Assembly: GCA_031414955.1 (NCBI GenBank)
Contig: JANOQV010000300.1
Location: 1 to 35,009, forward strand
Reading direction: 5' to 3'
Source: Pedosphaera sp.
GTDB lineage: Bacteria; Verrucomicrobiota; Verrucomicrobiia; Limisphaerales; SIBH01
DNA length: 35,009 nt
The translations under genes were made by a program, and so were the position numbers. The notes beneath the pieces are model-generated. The model ran no database searches, had not been told where the DNA came from, and saw only the letters and a program-made list of their open reading frames with translations. Positions 1-7,469 of the stretch are shown one piece after another; position 1 is the first letter of the stretch; each line of letters opens with the position of its first letter.

Positions 1-198
1 TTCCGGGATGCTGTGAATCTCGCGCTCGTCGTTGTCCCAGCCCTCGATGCAGAACACGAAGCTGTTCATCATCTGCCGCAGGCGGCGACCGCTGGGCAGC
101 TTGTCGGGCGAGTAGAGGCCGAGGAAGTGCGAGAAGTCGCCACGCTCAACCTTCGACCTGCTGAACTGATAAAAGACCGCATCCCCGGCGTCGCCCAT
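1..198 (-). CDS. 5' part of a hypothetical protein, CRR6/DUF1817-like (runs off the window edge)
   Basis: Not in the ORF track. ATG at 198 follows AAGGAG and is 3 nt past the TPR stop. Open frame MGDAGDAVFYQFSRSKVERGDFSHFLGLYSPDKLPSGRRLRQMMNSFVFCIEGWDNDEREIHSIPE; the 'DNDEREIHSIPE' end resembles the DPRELxEIPEV motif of CRR6-like proteins. Confidence 0.6.
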   Translation of the reverse strand, partial: MGDAGDAVFYQFSRSKVERGDFSHFLGLYSPDKLPSGRRLRQMMNSFVFCIEGWDNDEREIHSIPE

Positions 199-201
199 GA
201 G

Positions 202-1242
202 CTACTCCTTCGGCCCTTGCGCGTGCATCTGCTTGGCAGCCTCGAACTCACGGGCAAGGTCGAAGCCGATGTTCGTCTCCGGGCTGACGCGCTTGAACGC
301 GACGAACATGTAGCTCAGGAGTTGGAGGCCGCTGAATGTGCCGGACAGTGAACGGAGCGTGTGCTTCTTGTCCGGGTTGTTCGGGTCGAGGCCGCGTGTG
401 CCGACTGTGGCAATCTCGAACGCCGCCTGCTTCACCTGCTCCGGCGTCATGTCGTCGAACTGCTTCATGGCCGACAGGCAATACATCACCGCGTCCATGC
501 GGATGCCGCCGCCCACCGTGGCCCTCATCGAGTGCTGCGTGAGTCGCGAGCGCGACTGCTTGGCCATCTCGGCGATGTCGTTGTGGAAGTTGATGTCGAG
601 CACACGCAGGTAGGCTTTGTCCGCGTCCTCCAACTTGTCCTGCGCTTCGCACACCTGCCCCAGACCGAACCAAGCCTGCTGGTCGTTGGCGTTCATTTCG
701 GTGGACTTCCGCAGGCAGTTCTCCGCTCTCGGTAAATCTTTTTTGAGCGCGAACAGACAGCCGCCAAGGTTTCGCAGCGCGTAAGGATTCTCCGGCTCTT
801 CCGCGACGGCTTCGACGAGCAGGCGCTCGGCCTCCGGCATCTCGCGCTTCCGCATGAGCGCGACACCGAGAGCAACCTTGGCGTTCGTCATGTCGAGTGC
901 AAGGCGCAGGGCTTCGCGCAGGTGTCGCACCGCCGCGTGTAACTGACTTGTGTCACTCAGCGCGAGGCCGAGGTTGTAGTGAACGAGTTCGTCGTTCGGG
1001 CGCATCCGCAGCAGGAGGCGCAACGACTGGATACCGCGAGGAAGGTCGCCGGACTTGAGCCGGGCCAAGGCGCTTTGCAGTGCGTCCTCTGGCTCGACCG
1101 CGCCGCGCCAACTCACGCGGATGTTCTGCTGGTCGATGACGACCTCAATCCACTGGGCACTGCCCGCAAGCTCGCGCCGCACGAACTGGGTCACGGCATC
1201 ACGAAACGCTTCGGTGCCCGTGGCGCGGCAGTTCTCCGGCAA
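202..1242 (-). CDS. Tetratricopeptide-repeat (TPR) protein; true start probably ATG 1295 with a 1-nt frameshift near 1262
   Basis: Successive TPR helices (VHYNLGLAL, AKVALGVAL, ALRNLGGCL, AWFGLGQVC..AYLRVLDIN). Out-of-frame ATG 1295 gives MNEKQTFELPI, which joins EFDLNLLPENC if one base is restored. Confidence 0.8.
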   Translation of the reverse strand: MPENCRATGTEAFRDAVTQFVRRELAGSAQWIEVVIDQQNIRVSWRGAVEPEDALQSALARLKSGDLPRGIQSLRLLLRMRPNDELVHYNLGLALSDTSQLHAAVRHLREALRLALDMTNAKVALGVALMRKREMPEAERLLVEAVAEEPENPYALRNLGGCLFALKKDLPRAENCLRKSTEMNANDQQAWFGLGQVCEAQDKLEDADKAYLRVLDINFHNDIAEMAKQSRSRLTQHSMRATVGGGIRMDAVMYCLSAMKQFDDMTPEQVKQAAFEIATVGTRGLDPNNPDKKHTLRSLSGTFSGLQLLSYMFVAFKRVSPETNIGFDLAREFEAAKQMHAQGPKE

Positions 1243-1367
1243 CAGGTTCAGGTCGAACTCGTGATGGGCAGTTCAAATGTCTGTTTCTCGTTCATCGGTT
1301 GGTTACCCGGCAGTCGGATGCGGGACGAATTGATACCAGTCCTTGATGCGAAGCTCGAACCCCCTCG

Positions 1368-2060
1368 TCAATTCAACTGGCAGCCGTTGGCCGCGTCGGG
1401 CGGAATCTTGTGGAAAATCTTCATCAGGCTCTCGCCGTGTTCGAGCAAACCCGCCGCCTTGTAGGCCAGCGTGAGCGGCGGCTCATTCCAGAGGCGCGAC
1501 CAGTGCAGCGCGAAGGCGGCATTCATGCTCAGGTTGCTGCGCGACAACTTGACCGGGTAGTAGCCGCTCGTCCCCGCCTTGAGCGCCACGATGTTCTCTT
1601 CAAGCTGCGCCCGGATGCCCCGCGTCTGTAGCTCGCGCAAGTCCGGGTAGTTCTCGTGCAGCCACGCATCCACGCGCAGGCCGACCAGATACGACCGCAA
1701 CTGGGTTATCAAACCATGTAGCAGTCTGTCCGTCATGCTGCGGACAACAGCGGGAATCTTCGGATCGAGCAGTAGGTCGCCGAGTCTCTTTCGTCCAGCC
1801 TCGCTTGAACCGAGGTCGAACCGCTTTTCCGGCGGAGTCTCGAACACGCGCAACGCCAGTCCGCACTGATACGCGATGAGGTAGTCGGGCCGCGTGCTGC
1901 CGGTCGGTTTGTAGCGCAGCAGGTGGAACGGCATGTCGCCACGGGACATCTTGATGTCGGCCAGGTTGCTGATGGAGGCATCCTCCGTGATGTGGACAGG
2001 CCGCTGCGACAGCGCCTCAAGGCGCTCGACGATGCTTTGTGTTGATGGCAACAAGCTCAT
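1368..2060 (-). CDS. Hypothetical protein (possible degenerate zincin-like fold); 3' end probably frameshifted, natural stop likely TAA at 1303-1305
   Basis: 230-aa ORF with coding-like composition. 'DYLIAYQCG' sits where an HExxH might be. Protein-like text continues in other frames (IDE...ELRIKDWYQFVPHPTAG*). Confidence 0.7.
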   Translation of the reverse strand: MSLLPSTQSIVERLEALSQRPVHITEDASISNLADIKMSRGDMPFHLLRYKPTGSTRPDYLIAYQCGLALRVFETPPEKRFDLGSSEAGRKRLGDLLLDPKIPAVVRSMTDRLLHGLITQLRSYLVGLRVDAWLHENYPDLRELQTRGIRAQLEENIVALKAGTSGYYPVKLSRSNLSMNAAFALHWSRLWNEPPLTLAYKAAGLLEHGESLMKIFHKIPPDAANGCQLN

Positions 2061-2104
2061 GCGAACAGAGGGCAGTTTATTCGGGGAAACTCAAGCCGTC
2101 CCGT

Positions 2105-2623
2105 CTAATTTGAGAAGCTGCCGAGCACCTGCCGCCGGACGGTTTCCTCGACCGAATACGGCCTTTCGTCGGATTTGAAGCGATCCTCATGGTCGTAGGC
2201 CATGACTTCGATCGGACTGTCGCGGTAGCCGTGCTTCTCAAGCCCGTCTGCATACAACGCCAGGAATTTTTCCGCGCCCAGGAGTTGCCACTGAATCACA
2301 TGAACCAGTTCGTGGAAATGCAACGACTCGCGCTCGGCCTCGTGCCAGAGGACGAAGTAGGTGTCGAGGTAGGTGATGCCGCTGGCGTGCATGTTCTCGA
2401 AGTCGGCGAACTGATTCAGGCCGATGGCGGACAGCGGCGGCACCGGGCACTTGTCCACGAACACGACTTTCGCCCGCACCAGCAGTTCATCGCTGTAGTA
2501 GTGGCGCAGTCGGGGGAACTTGAAGGACGAAACCGGCTTTGCCTTCGTGGCGTGGGCGGCGAGCGTCTGCGAAATCCAATCACGGACGAACGGGAATACT
2601 TGCTGGAAATCCTCCGGCGTCAC
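2105..2623 (-). CDS. Zincin-like metallopeptidase (HExxH; DUF4157-like)
   Basis: GTG at 2623 overlaps the upstream TGA (GTGA). Motifs GITYLDTYF, LHFHELVHVIQW and downstream PIEVMAY. Confidence 0.75.
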   Translation of the reverse strand: MTPEDFQQVFPFVRDWISQTLAAHATKAKPVSSFKFPRLRHYYSDELLVRAKVVFVDKCPVPPLSAIGLNQFADFENMHASGITYLDTYFVLWHEAERESLHFHELVHVIQWQLLGAEKFLALYADGLEKHGYRDSPIEVMAYDHEDRFKSDERPYSVEETVRRQVLGSFSN

Positions 2624-2880
2624 GCCGCGCCGATTTCCACCCGCGCCTTGAAGCCAAGCTGCCGCACCAATTGTTCGCAATCCTCCCACGTCAGCCCGAA
2701 CGCCCGCACGTCCGCCACGCCCAGGCGCGACACCACCGCCGCGAGCGTGGCCGCGTCCGCCTCGGCAAACTCGCCCTCCATCAGCGCGTTCTCCGCCCAG
2801 TCCACCAGTTGCGCCAGCGAAAGCTCGTGATGCAGGTAGCTCGCGAGCTTCTCCGCCACTGTCTGTTTTGTCATCAACAT
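2620..2880 (-). CDS. Small helical hypothetical protein, antitoxin/immunity-like
   Basis: 86-aa ORF starting 9 nt after the upstream stop. 'YLHHELSLAQLVDWAE' is an immunity-protein-like helical pattern. Confidence 0.7.
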   Translation of the reverse strand: MLMTKQTVAEKLASYLHHELSLAQLVDWAENALMEGEFAEADAATLAAVVSRLGVADVRAFGLTWEDCEQLVRQLGFKARVEIGAA

Positions 2881-2889
2881 GGCCGCATC

Positions 2890-3126
2890 CTACAGTTTTT
2901 GGTGGCCCTTATCCACCGGGTATTTCTCGTGAATCTCGACCAGCTTCCCCTGCTCGTCATAAATCTCCTGCCAGAACCGCACCGTCGCCTCGCTCGCATC
3001 CACCTCCTTGCCGTAGCGGGCCAGCCAGCCCTGGCGACCGCGCACGTCCAGCCGGTAACGCCGTCCGCCGCCCGGCAGTTCATCCCATTGACCGAACTTC
3101 TTCTCGTTTTGGGCGCGGGTGCTCAT
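2890..3126 (-). CDS. Small beta-rich hypothetical protein, toxin-tip-like
   Basis: ATG 3126 overlaps the MTase TGA (ATGA). 78 aa, MSTRAQNEKKFGQWDELPGGGRRY...RYGKEVD...FWQEIYDEQGKLVEIHEKYP. The longer 223-aa track ORF overlaps the MTase and is not the real start. Confidence 0.7.
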   Translation of the reverse strand: MSTRAQNEKKFGQWDELPGGGRRYRLDVRGRQGWLARYGKEVDASEATVRFWQEIYDEQGKLVEIHEKYPVDKGHQKL

Positions 3127-6100
3127 GCGTTCAGGGGCGCGGTTTCCGGGCGTGACGGATGGCAGCAACGCGGGTCGGCGGGAGGCGGGTTGAGCAGCGT
3201 TTGATACGGCTGGCCGGAGTCCATTGCGGACTTCATGGCGTCGTAGATTTCGAGGATGACGCGCTTCGTGCGGTAGTCGCCGGTGAACTTGGCCTCGTCC
3301 TTGCGCTTCACGATGGGGAAGGTGTCGAGGATGTAGGCGGTGTCGTCGCGGTTCAGGCCGTAGAGGTGGAAGAAGGCGGCGTCCAACTCGCAGCGCAGCA
3401 GGAAGCGGCGCTCCTCGTCCCAACGGAACGGCGGGCCGCTCCACCCGCAGTCCACCGCGAACGGCTCCAAGTCCCAGGCGGTGTAGGTCAGTTCCAGCAC
3501 TCGCGGCAGCAGGAATTTCAAATTGGAAATCTCGGATGGCAGATTCCCCGCCCACGGGCACGGCTGCGCGTAGGTGCTGGGCGGGAGAACGGGAAGCTGT
3601 TGCAAGTAACCATAAGTGAGATGAGTTCCCCCGATTTTCTGACGAGCACAGTAATCGAGAACGAAGGAACTCAAGTTTCCGTAGAACGCAGCAGTCAACG
3701 GTGCGTCTGTTTGTGGCAACGCAAGCGGAGTGGTGTGACCGACGGCAACCTTCGGAAAAGCAGCAACGACGACTGTCCGCGTCTTCTCGACGCCTGTGAT
3801 GTCGCGCCAGCCAAGAAACCAGCGGTGCTGCCAGCCAGCAGGAACTCGACGTTCGACCTCTGCTTGCGAAACCCAGTAGGCGGACAATGGCAGCAGGTTT
3901 GGATTTTGGTGCTGCTCTTCATCCAGTTGCGGGAGGAAGCCTTTGTTCGCCTGCGCTTGGGTCTGTCCATCGTATGTCCCAAAACGGTGGTCAAAGTGCC
4001 AAACCATTTTCCCTTCGTAGAGCGGCAGCATCTTCTCGTTTCCGCGAACGAAGTGATTGCCTTCGGTTGTCCAACCTTCCGACTTCAATTGTTCCCGACT
4101 TCTGAAAAGCCCGGAGTCGTTTGCCATGTCCAACATTCTCAAGAATCTCACTCTCCAAGGATTCTCTCCGCTTTGCCCCTCACGCAACAGAACCGGCACG
4201 CGCCGATAAACCTGTTTGCTAATCTCCGCGTCTCGACTCCAACGAAAGGTCGGGCAAGTTCGTGTATTTGGGTTGAGCAACTCGAAATCTTTGGGCAACA
4301 GAGTGAATCGCCGCGCTGGGTCTGAGAGATGTTCGATTCGTCGAGCGTAAAAGACAAACATGGCGGTCGCTGCACGACCGACTGTGAACAGAACGAAGCG
4401 GAAAGCGTTGTGAACTTCTGCGAACAATTTTTCTTCGTTCTCAAAGTGGAAGACGCTCGCGAGCGTTTGCTTCTCGACCACTTCCTGAAAAAAGAACTTG
4501 GTAGTGTCGTCCGTGACGATGCCACTGGGCAAGATGCAGCCCAAGCGGCCCGCCGGGCTGAGATGATTCCTCATGCCTTCGGCGAAGACGGCGTAGAGGT
4601 TGATGTCACCGCGTCCGCAGAGCGGGTAGAGTCCTGCGACGCGGAGCATTTGACTCCCGCCTTCGGCCTGCCGGGCGGCGTCCTGAAACTGTGAGTAGAG
4701 CGCAGCATCTTCCATTCGCAGCGCCTCGATGAGTCGCTTGCGGGCGGCGGCGTTCGTTGCGTTGGCGATGTCGGGACGGCGCTCGGCGAACCATTCTTTC
4801 TCCTGCAACTTCACGCGCTCCCACGGTGGATTGGCGAGGATGCAATCGAAGCCGCCATTCATGCCGGAGAGTTCGTTCTCCGCTTTACCGCCGCTGGCTG
4901 GCACGCGAAACACGTCCGGGAAAGCGAGGTGCCAGTGGAAGAACTGGTATTGCCCAGCGAGGCGTTTGATTTCGTCGCGCATCCACTTTGGCGCGTCGTG
5001 CGGGTTGCGTTCGAGCTTCTGGAAAATATCGTTGGTGATGGGGTAGTCGAAACCGTCGCCCTCACCCCTGACCCCTCTACCATCCGATGGGCGAGGGGAA
5101 CCGGCACCCACCTCACCCCGGCCCTCTCCCCCCTCGGAGGGCGGAGAGGGAGAAGAAGTCGGCGCGGCTGGTGTTTTCGAGGGCTTGCACTTCTTCCACA
5201 CGAAGGCGGCGCACCAGGCGTCGGCGAGTTGTCGGCCAGATTCGTAGCTGCTGGAACGGACGAGTTCGGCGTAGATTTTTTCCTTGGCGTGAACGTCGGC
5301 CACGGAATTGTCGGGCAGGCTGGCGAGTTGGGCGATGCCCACGGTGAGGTTGCCGAGATGTTCCCACGGGCGGTCGTGCCGGTCGAAGAGCGTGTCCTGC
5401 CGGAGTTCCTTGCGGTTCTCCTTCTTGAAGTTGGCGCAGTATTTCTTGTCGTCGCCTTCAATCGGCTCGAAGGCGGCGTCGGGAATGCCCTGGGCCATGA
5501 GCGCGGGCGTCGCGCCGAGGAGGGCGTTGCCGCACTGGATGTGGTGGTCGAGGAAGGAGAGCGGCTTGCCCGGTTCGAGCGCCTCCAACCAGAGAGCGAA
5601 CTTGCAGAGTTCGACGGCCATCGGGTTGATGTCCACACCGTAGAGGCAGCGCCCGATGACATCGCGCAGGGCGTGGCGAATGGCGGCAGGCGCGGGTTCG
5701 CCGTCGCCGGTGCGAACAGCGGCGAGGCGCTTGGCGATGCGGTGCGCCGCGCCAATGAGGAAGTGGCCGGAGCCTACGGCTTCGTCGCAAACCTTGAGGC
5801 TGAGGATGGCTTCCTCGGCAGACTTGAAGCCGAGCTTGGCGAAGTCGCGCTCGCGTTCTTGCAAGACCGGTTCGAGCGCGGAGTCGAGCAGACAGTTCAC
5901 GAGCGGCGGCGGCGTGTAGTGGCTGCCGGAGGTTTTGCGCTCGTTGCCCGCGTGGGTGCCGAGAATAAATTTGGCGGTGGGGACGTGAACGTCCGGGTGT
6001 TGTTCAAGGAGCGATTCGTAAACGCTGCCGAGTTCCTCGGTGCCGATGTTCTTGTAGTCAATCGGGCGGCGGACTTTGTTCTGCTCTGCGAACGCGAGGG

Positions 6101-7289
6101 CGCGGATGGCGATGAGCACATCGCGATTGGCCATGAGGCAGTCATCGAGGTCGGGCGTGGCGCGGGCCGACCAGAGGAAGCTGCCGAGCGCGGGCAGTCC
6201 GAGCGCGGGACAGCCGGTGTCGGAGCCGAGCCAGGTGAAGAGGAGGCGGACGTTGTGCCAGAGGTCGGCGTGTTGCGTGCCGCCGAGCCGGTTCGCGATG
6301 CGACGCAGGCGGCTGATGGAGTAATGGCGGAGGTAATTCTCGCGGGTCTTGGCCGGGACGTTTTCGGCGAAGAGCAGTTCACGGTCTTCGGCGGCGAACA
6401 GAAACAGGAAGCGATAAACGACACGGAGGAGTTGTCGGAAGTAGTCCTGCTTGGTGAGCGTGCCTGCGGTGAGCTTGTCGCGCAGCGCGGTGTTCGCCGG
6501 GTGCGCGAGGAAGCCGGAGCCGAGGGCGGTGATGGCTTCCTCAACGCCGTCGCGCAACTGGTCGAGAGCGCGAGCGCCGCGTTGCCGGGCTTCCTGCGTC
6601 CACTTTTCCAGCCAGCAGAGTTCAGCGCGTTCGCCTTCGACGCGGGACTGGTGCAGCAGAAGCCAGAGCAGCGCGAAGTCGGCGTAGAGTTCGCCCTGCA
6701 TCATGGATTGGAGGTCAAACTCGACGAACGCCTGGCGCGTGAGCGAGACGTTATCGCGAAGCAGGCGCAGGCGCAGGCCGTTGCTGACGATGGCCCAGAC
6801 GTGCGGCGTGGAGCGGTTCAGGAATTCCTGCACCATGCTGTGCGGGCTGGTGGTGCGTGCGCCGACGATGTTCTCGGAACGGGCATCGAGGTCGGCGCGG
6901 AAGCTGACGAGGTGAATGGGCGCGTGCTGCCAGCCGTGCGAGATGGAGTAGCGGCGTCCCTCGAACTCGAAGGGCTTGGCGGTTTGCAGACGACCGTAGC
7001 CGAGTTCCTGGAAGAGCGGCAGGAGCCACTTCTCGCGGGTGAGCGTGGTGCCCGCGTCGGAGGACGGAAGTTGTTGCGACGCCGGGCCGAAACTTTTCCA
7101 CACGCCGAGCACTCGGTTCCACGAGCGGCTGATGGCTTCGTTGAGTTTCTCACCACTGCCGAGGTGGTAGGCGTCGGGCGTGAGTCCCGGAATCTCACGG
7201 TCGCGCTGCGCGAGGCGATTCAGGAAGTCCGAAGGCAGCAGAGCGCCTTCGGTGGTGACGGATTCAAAGAGTTGGTCGCGGCGGGGCAT
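3123..7289 (-). CDS. Eco57I/type IIG-like N6-adenine DNA methyltransferase (DrmMI-like), 1388 aa
   Basis: Motifs RKTSGSHYTP, VCDEAVGSGHFL (motif I), YGVDINP, CGNALLG and FDCILANPPW (motif IV), followed by a C-terminal target-recognition region. Start taken at MPRRDQLF (ATG 7289). Confidence 0.9.
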   Translation of the reverse strand: MPRRDQLFESVTTEGALLPSDFLNRLAQRDREIPGLTPDAYHLGSGEKLNEAISRSWNRVLGVWKSFGPASQQLPSSDAGTTLTREKWLLPLFQELGYGRLQTAKPFEFEGRRYSISHGWQHAPIHLVSFRADLDARSENIVGARTTSPHSMVQEFLNRSTPHVWAIVSNGLRLRLLRDNVSLTRQAFVEFDLQSMMQGELYADFALLWLLLHQSRVEGERAELCWLEKWTQEARQRGARALDQLRDGVEEAITALGSGFLAHPANTALRDKLTAGTLTKQDYFRQLLRVVYRFLFLFAAEDRELLFAENVPAKTRENYLRHYSISRLRRIANRLGGTQHADLWHNVRLLFTWLGSDTGCPALGLPALGSFLWSARATPDLDDCLMANRDVLIAIRALAFAEQNKVRRPIDYKNIGTEELGSVYESLLEQHPDVHVPTAKFILGTHAGNERKTSGSHYTPPPLVNCLLDSALEPVLQERERDFAKLGFKSAEEAILSLKVCDEAVGSGHFLIGAAHRIAKRLAAVRTGDGEPAPAAIRHALRDVIGRCLYGVDINPMAVELCKFALWLEALEPGKPLSFLDHHIQCGNALLGATPALMAQGIPDAAFEPIEGDDKKYCANFKKENRKELRQDTLFDRHDRPWEHLGNLTVGIAQLASLPDNSVADVHAKEKIYAELVRSSSYESGRQLADAWCAAFVWKKCKPSKTPAAPTSSPSPPSEGGEGRGEVGAGSPRPSDGRGVRGEGDGFDYPITNDIFQKLERNPHDAPKWMRDEIKRLAGQYQFFHWHLAFPDVFRVPASGGKAENELSGMNGGFDCILANPPWERVKLQEKEWFAERRPDIANATNAAARKRLIEALRMEDAALYSQFQDAARQAEGGSQMLRVAGLYPLCGRGDINLYAVFAEGMRNHLSPAGRLGCILPSGIVTDDTTKFFFQEVVEKQTLASVFHFENEEKLFAEVHNAFRFVLFTVGRAATAMFVFYARRIEHLSDPARRFTLLPKDFELLNPNTRTCPTFRWSRDAEISKQVYRRVPVLLREGQSGENPWRVRFLRMLDMANDSGLFRSREQLKSEGWTTEGNHFVRGNEKMLPLYEGKMVWHFDHRFGTYDGQTQAQANKGFLPQLDEEQHQNPNLLPLSAYWVSQAEVERRVPAGWQHRWFLGWRDITGVEKTRTVVVAAFPKVAVGHTTPLALPQTDAPLTAAFYGNLSSFVLDYCARQKIGGTHLTYGYLQQLPVLPPSTYAQPCPWAGNLPSEISNLKFLLPRVLELTYTAWDLEPFAVDCGWSGPPFRWDEERRFLLRCELDAAFFHLYGLNRDDTAYILDTFPIVKRKDEAKFTGDYRTKRVILEIYDAMKSAMDSGQPYQTLLNPPPADPRCCHPSRPETAPLNA
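3510..3544 (-). repeat. Degenerate heptamer tandem array, in frame inside the MTase
   Basis: Minus strand ATCTGCC ATCCGAG ATTTCCA ATTTGAA ATTCCTG, encoding NLPSEISNLKFL. Confidence 0.55.
5059..5152 (+). repeat. Two tandem REP-like palindromic units, in frame inside the MTase
   Basis: CCCTCACCCCTGACCCCTCTACCATCCGATGGGCGAGGGG (from 5059) and CCTCACCCCGGCCCTCTCC-CCCCTCGGAGGGC-GGAGAGGG (from 5111). Each has a CCTCACCCC head and a GC hairpin; they encode PSPPSEGGEGRGEV..SPRPSDGRGVRGEG. Confidence 0.75.
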
Positions 7290-7295
7290 GGGGTC

Positions 7296-7337
7296 AGAAG
7301 GACGAGGGCGGGATGGCGAATGACGAATGGTGGGTGG
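7296..7337 (-). repeat. Degenerate heptamer tandem array just upstream of the MTase start
   Basis: Minus strand CCACCCA CCATTCG TCATTCG CCATCCC GCCCTCG TCCTTCT. Confidence 0.5.
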
Positions 7338-7347
7338 GCCGATGGAC

Positions 7348-7448
7348 GACTCTAGCCGCCACTCTGGCTGTGACTCTAGCTGGCACTCCACCCCTGACTT
7401 GTCCGGTCACTTGTCCAGTGCGACTTGCGCGGTGACTTGCGCGGTCAC
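7348..7448. repeat. Intergenic array of eight 12-bp units anchored on (G/C)ACT
   Basis: GACTCTAGCCGC CACTCTGGCTGT GACTCTAGCTGG CACTCCACCCCT GACTTGTCCGGT CACTTGTCCAGT [GC] GACTTGCGCGGT GACTTGCGCGGT CAC. Confidence 0.8.
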
Positions 7449-7469
7449 GCGATGCGATGGATGAAAGAT

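Noticed and set aside
4929..7355. 808-aa plus-strand ORF and other long antisense ORFs (3159-4325, 7776-8828, 19094-20182, 20438-21319)
   Set aside because: They lie antisense to motif-rich genes, as expected in GC-rich coding DNA, and contain no recognisable motifs.
7290..7391. N-terminal extension of the MTase (MECQLESQPEW...) from the ORF track
   Set aside because: It is translated repeat DNA; protein-like sequence starts at ATG 7289.
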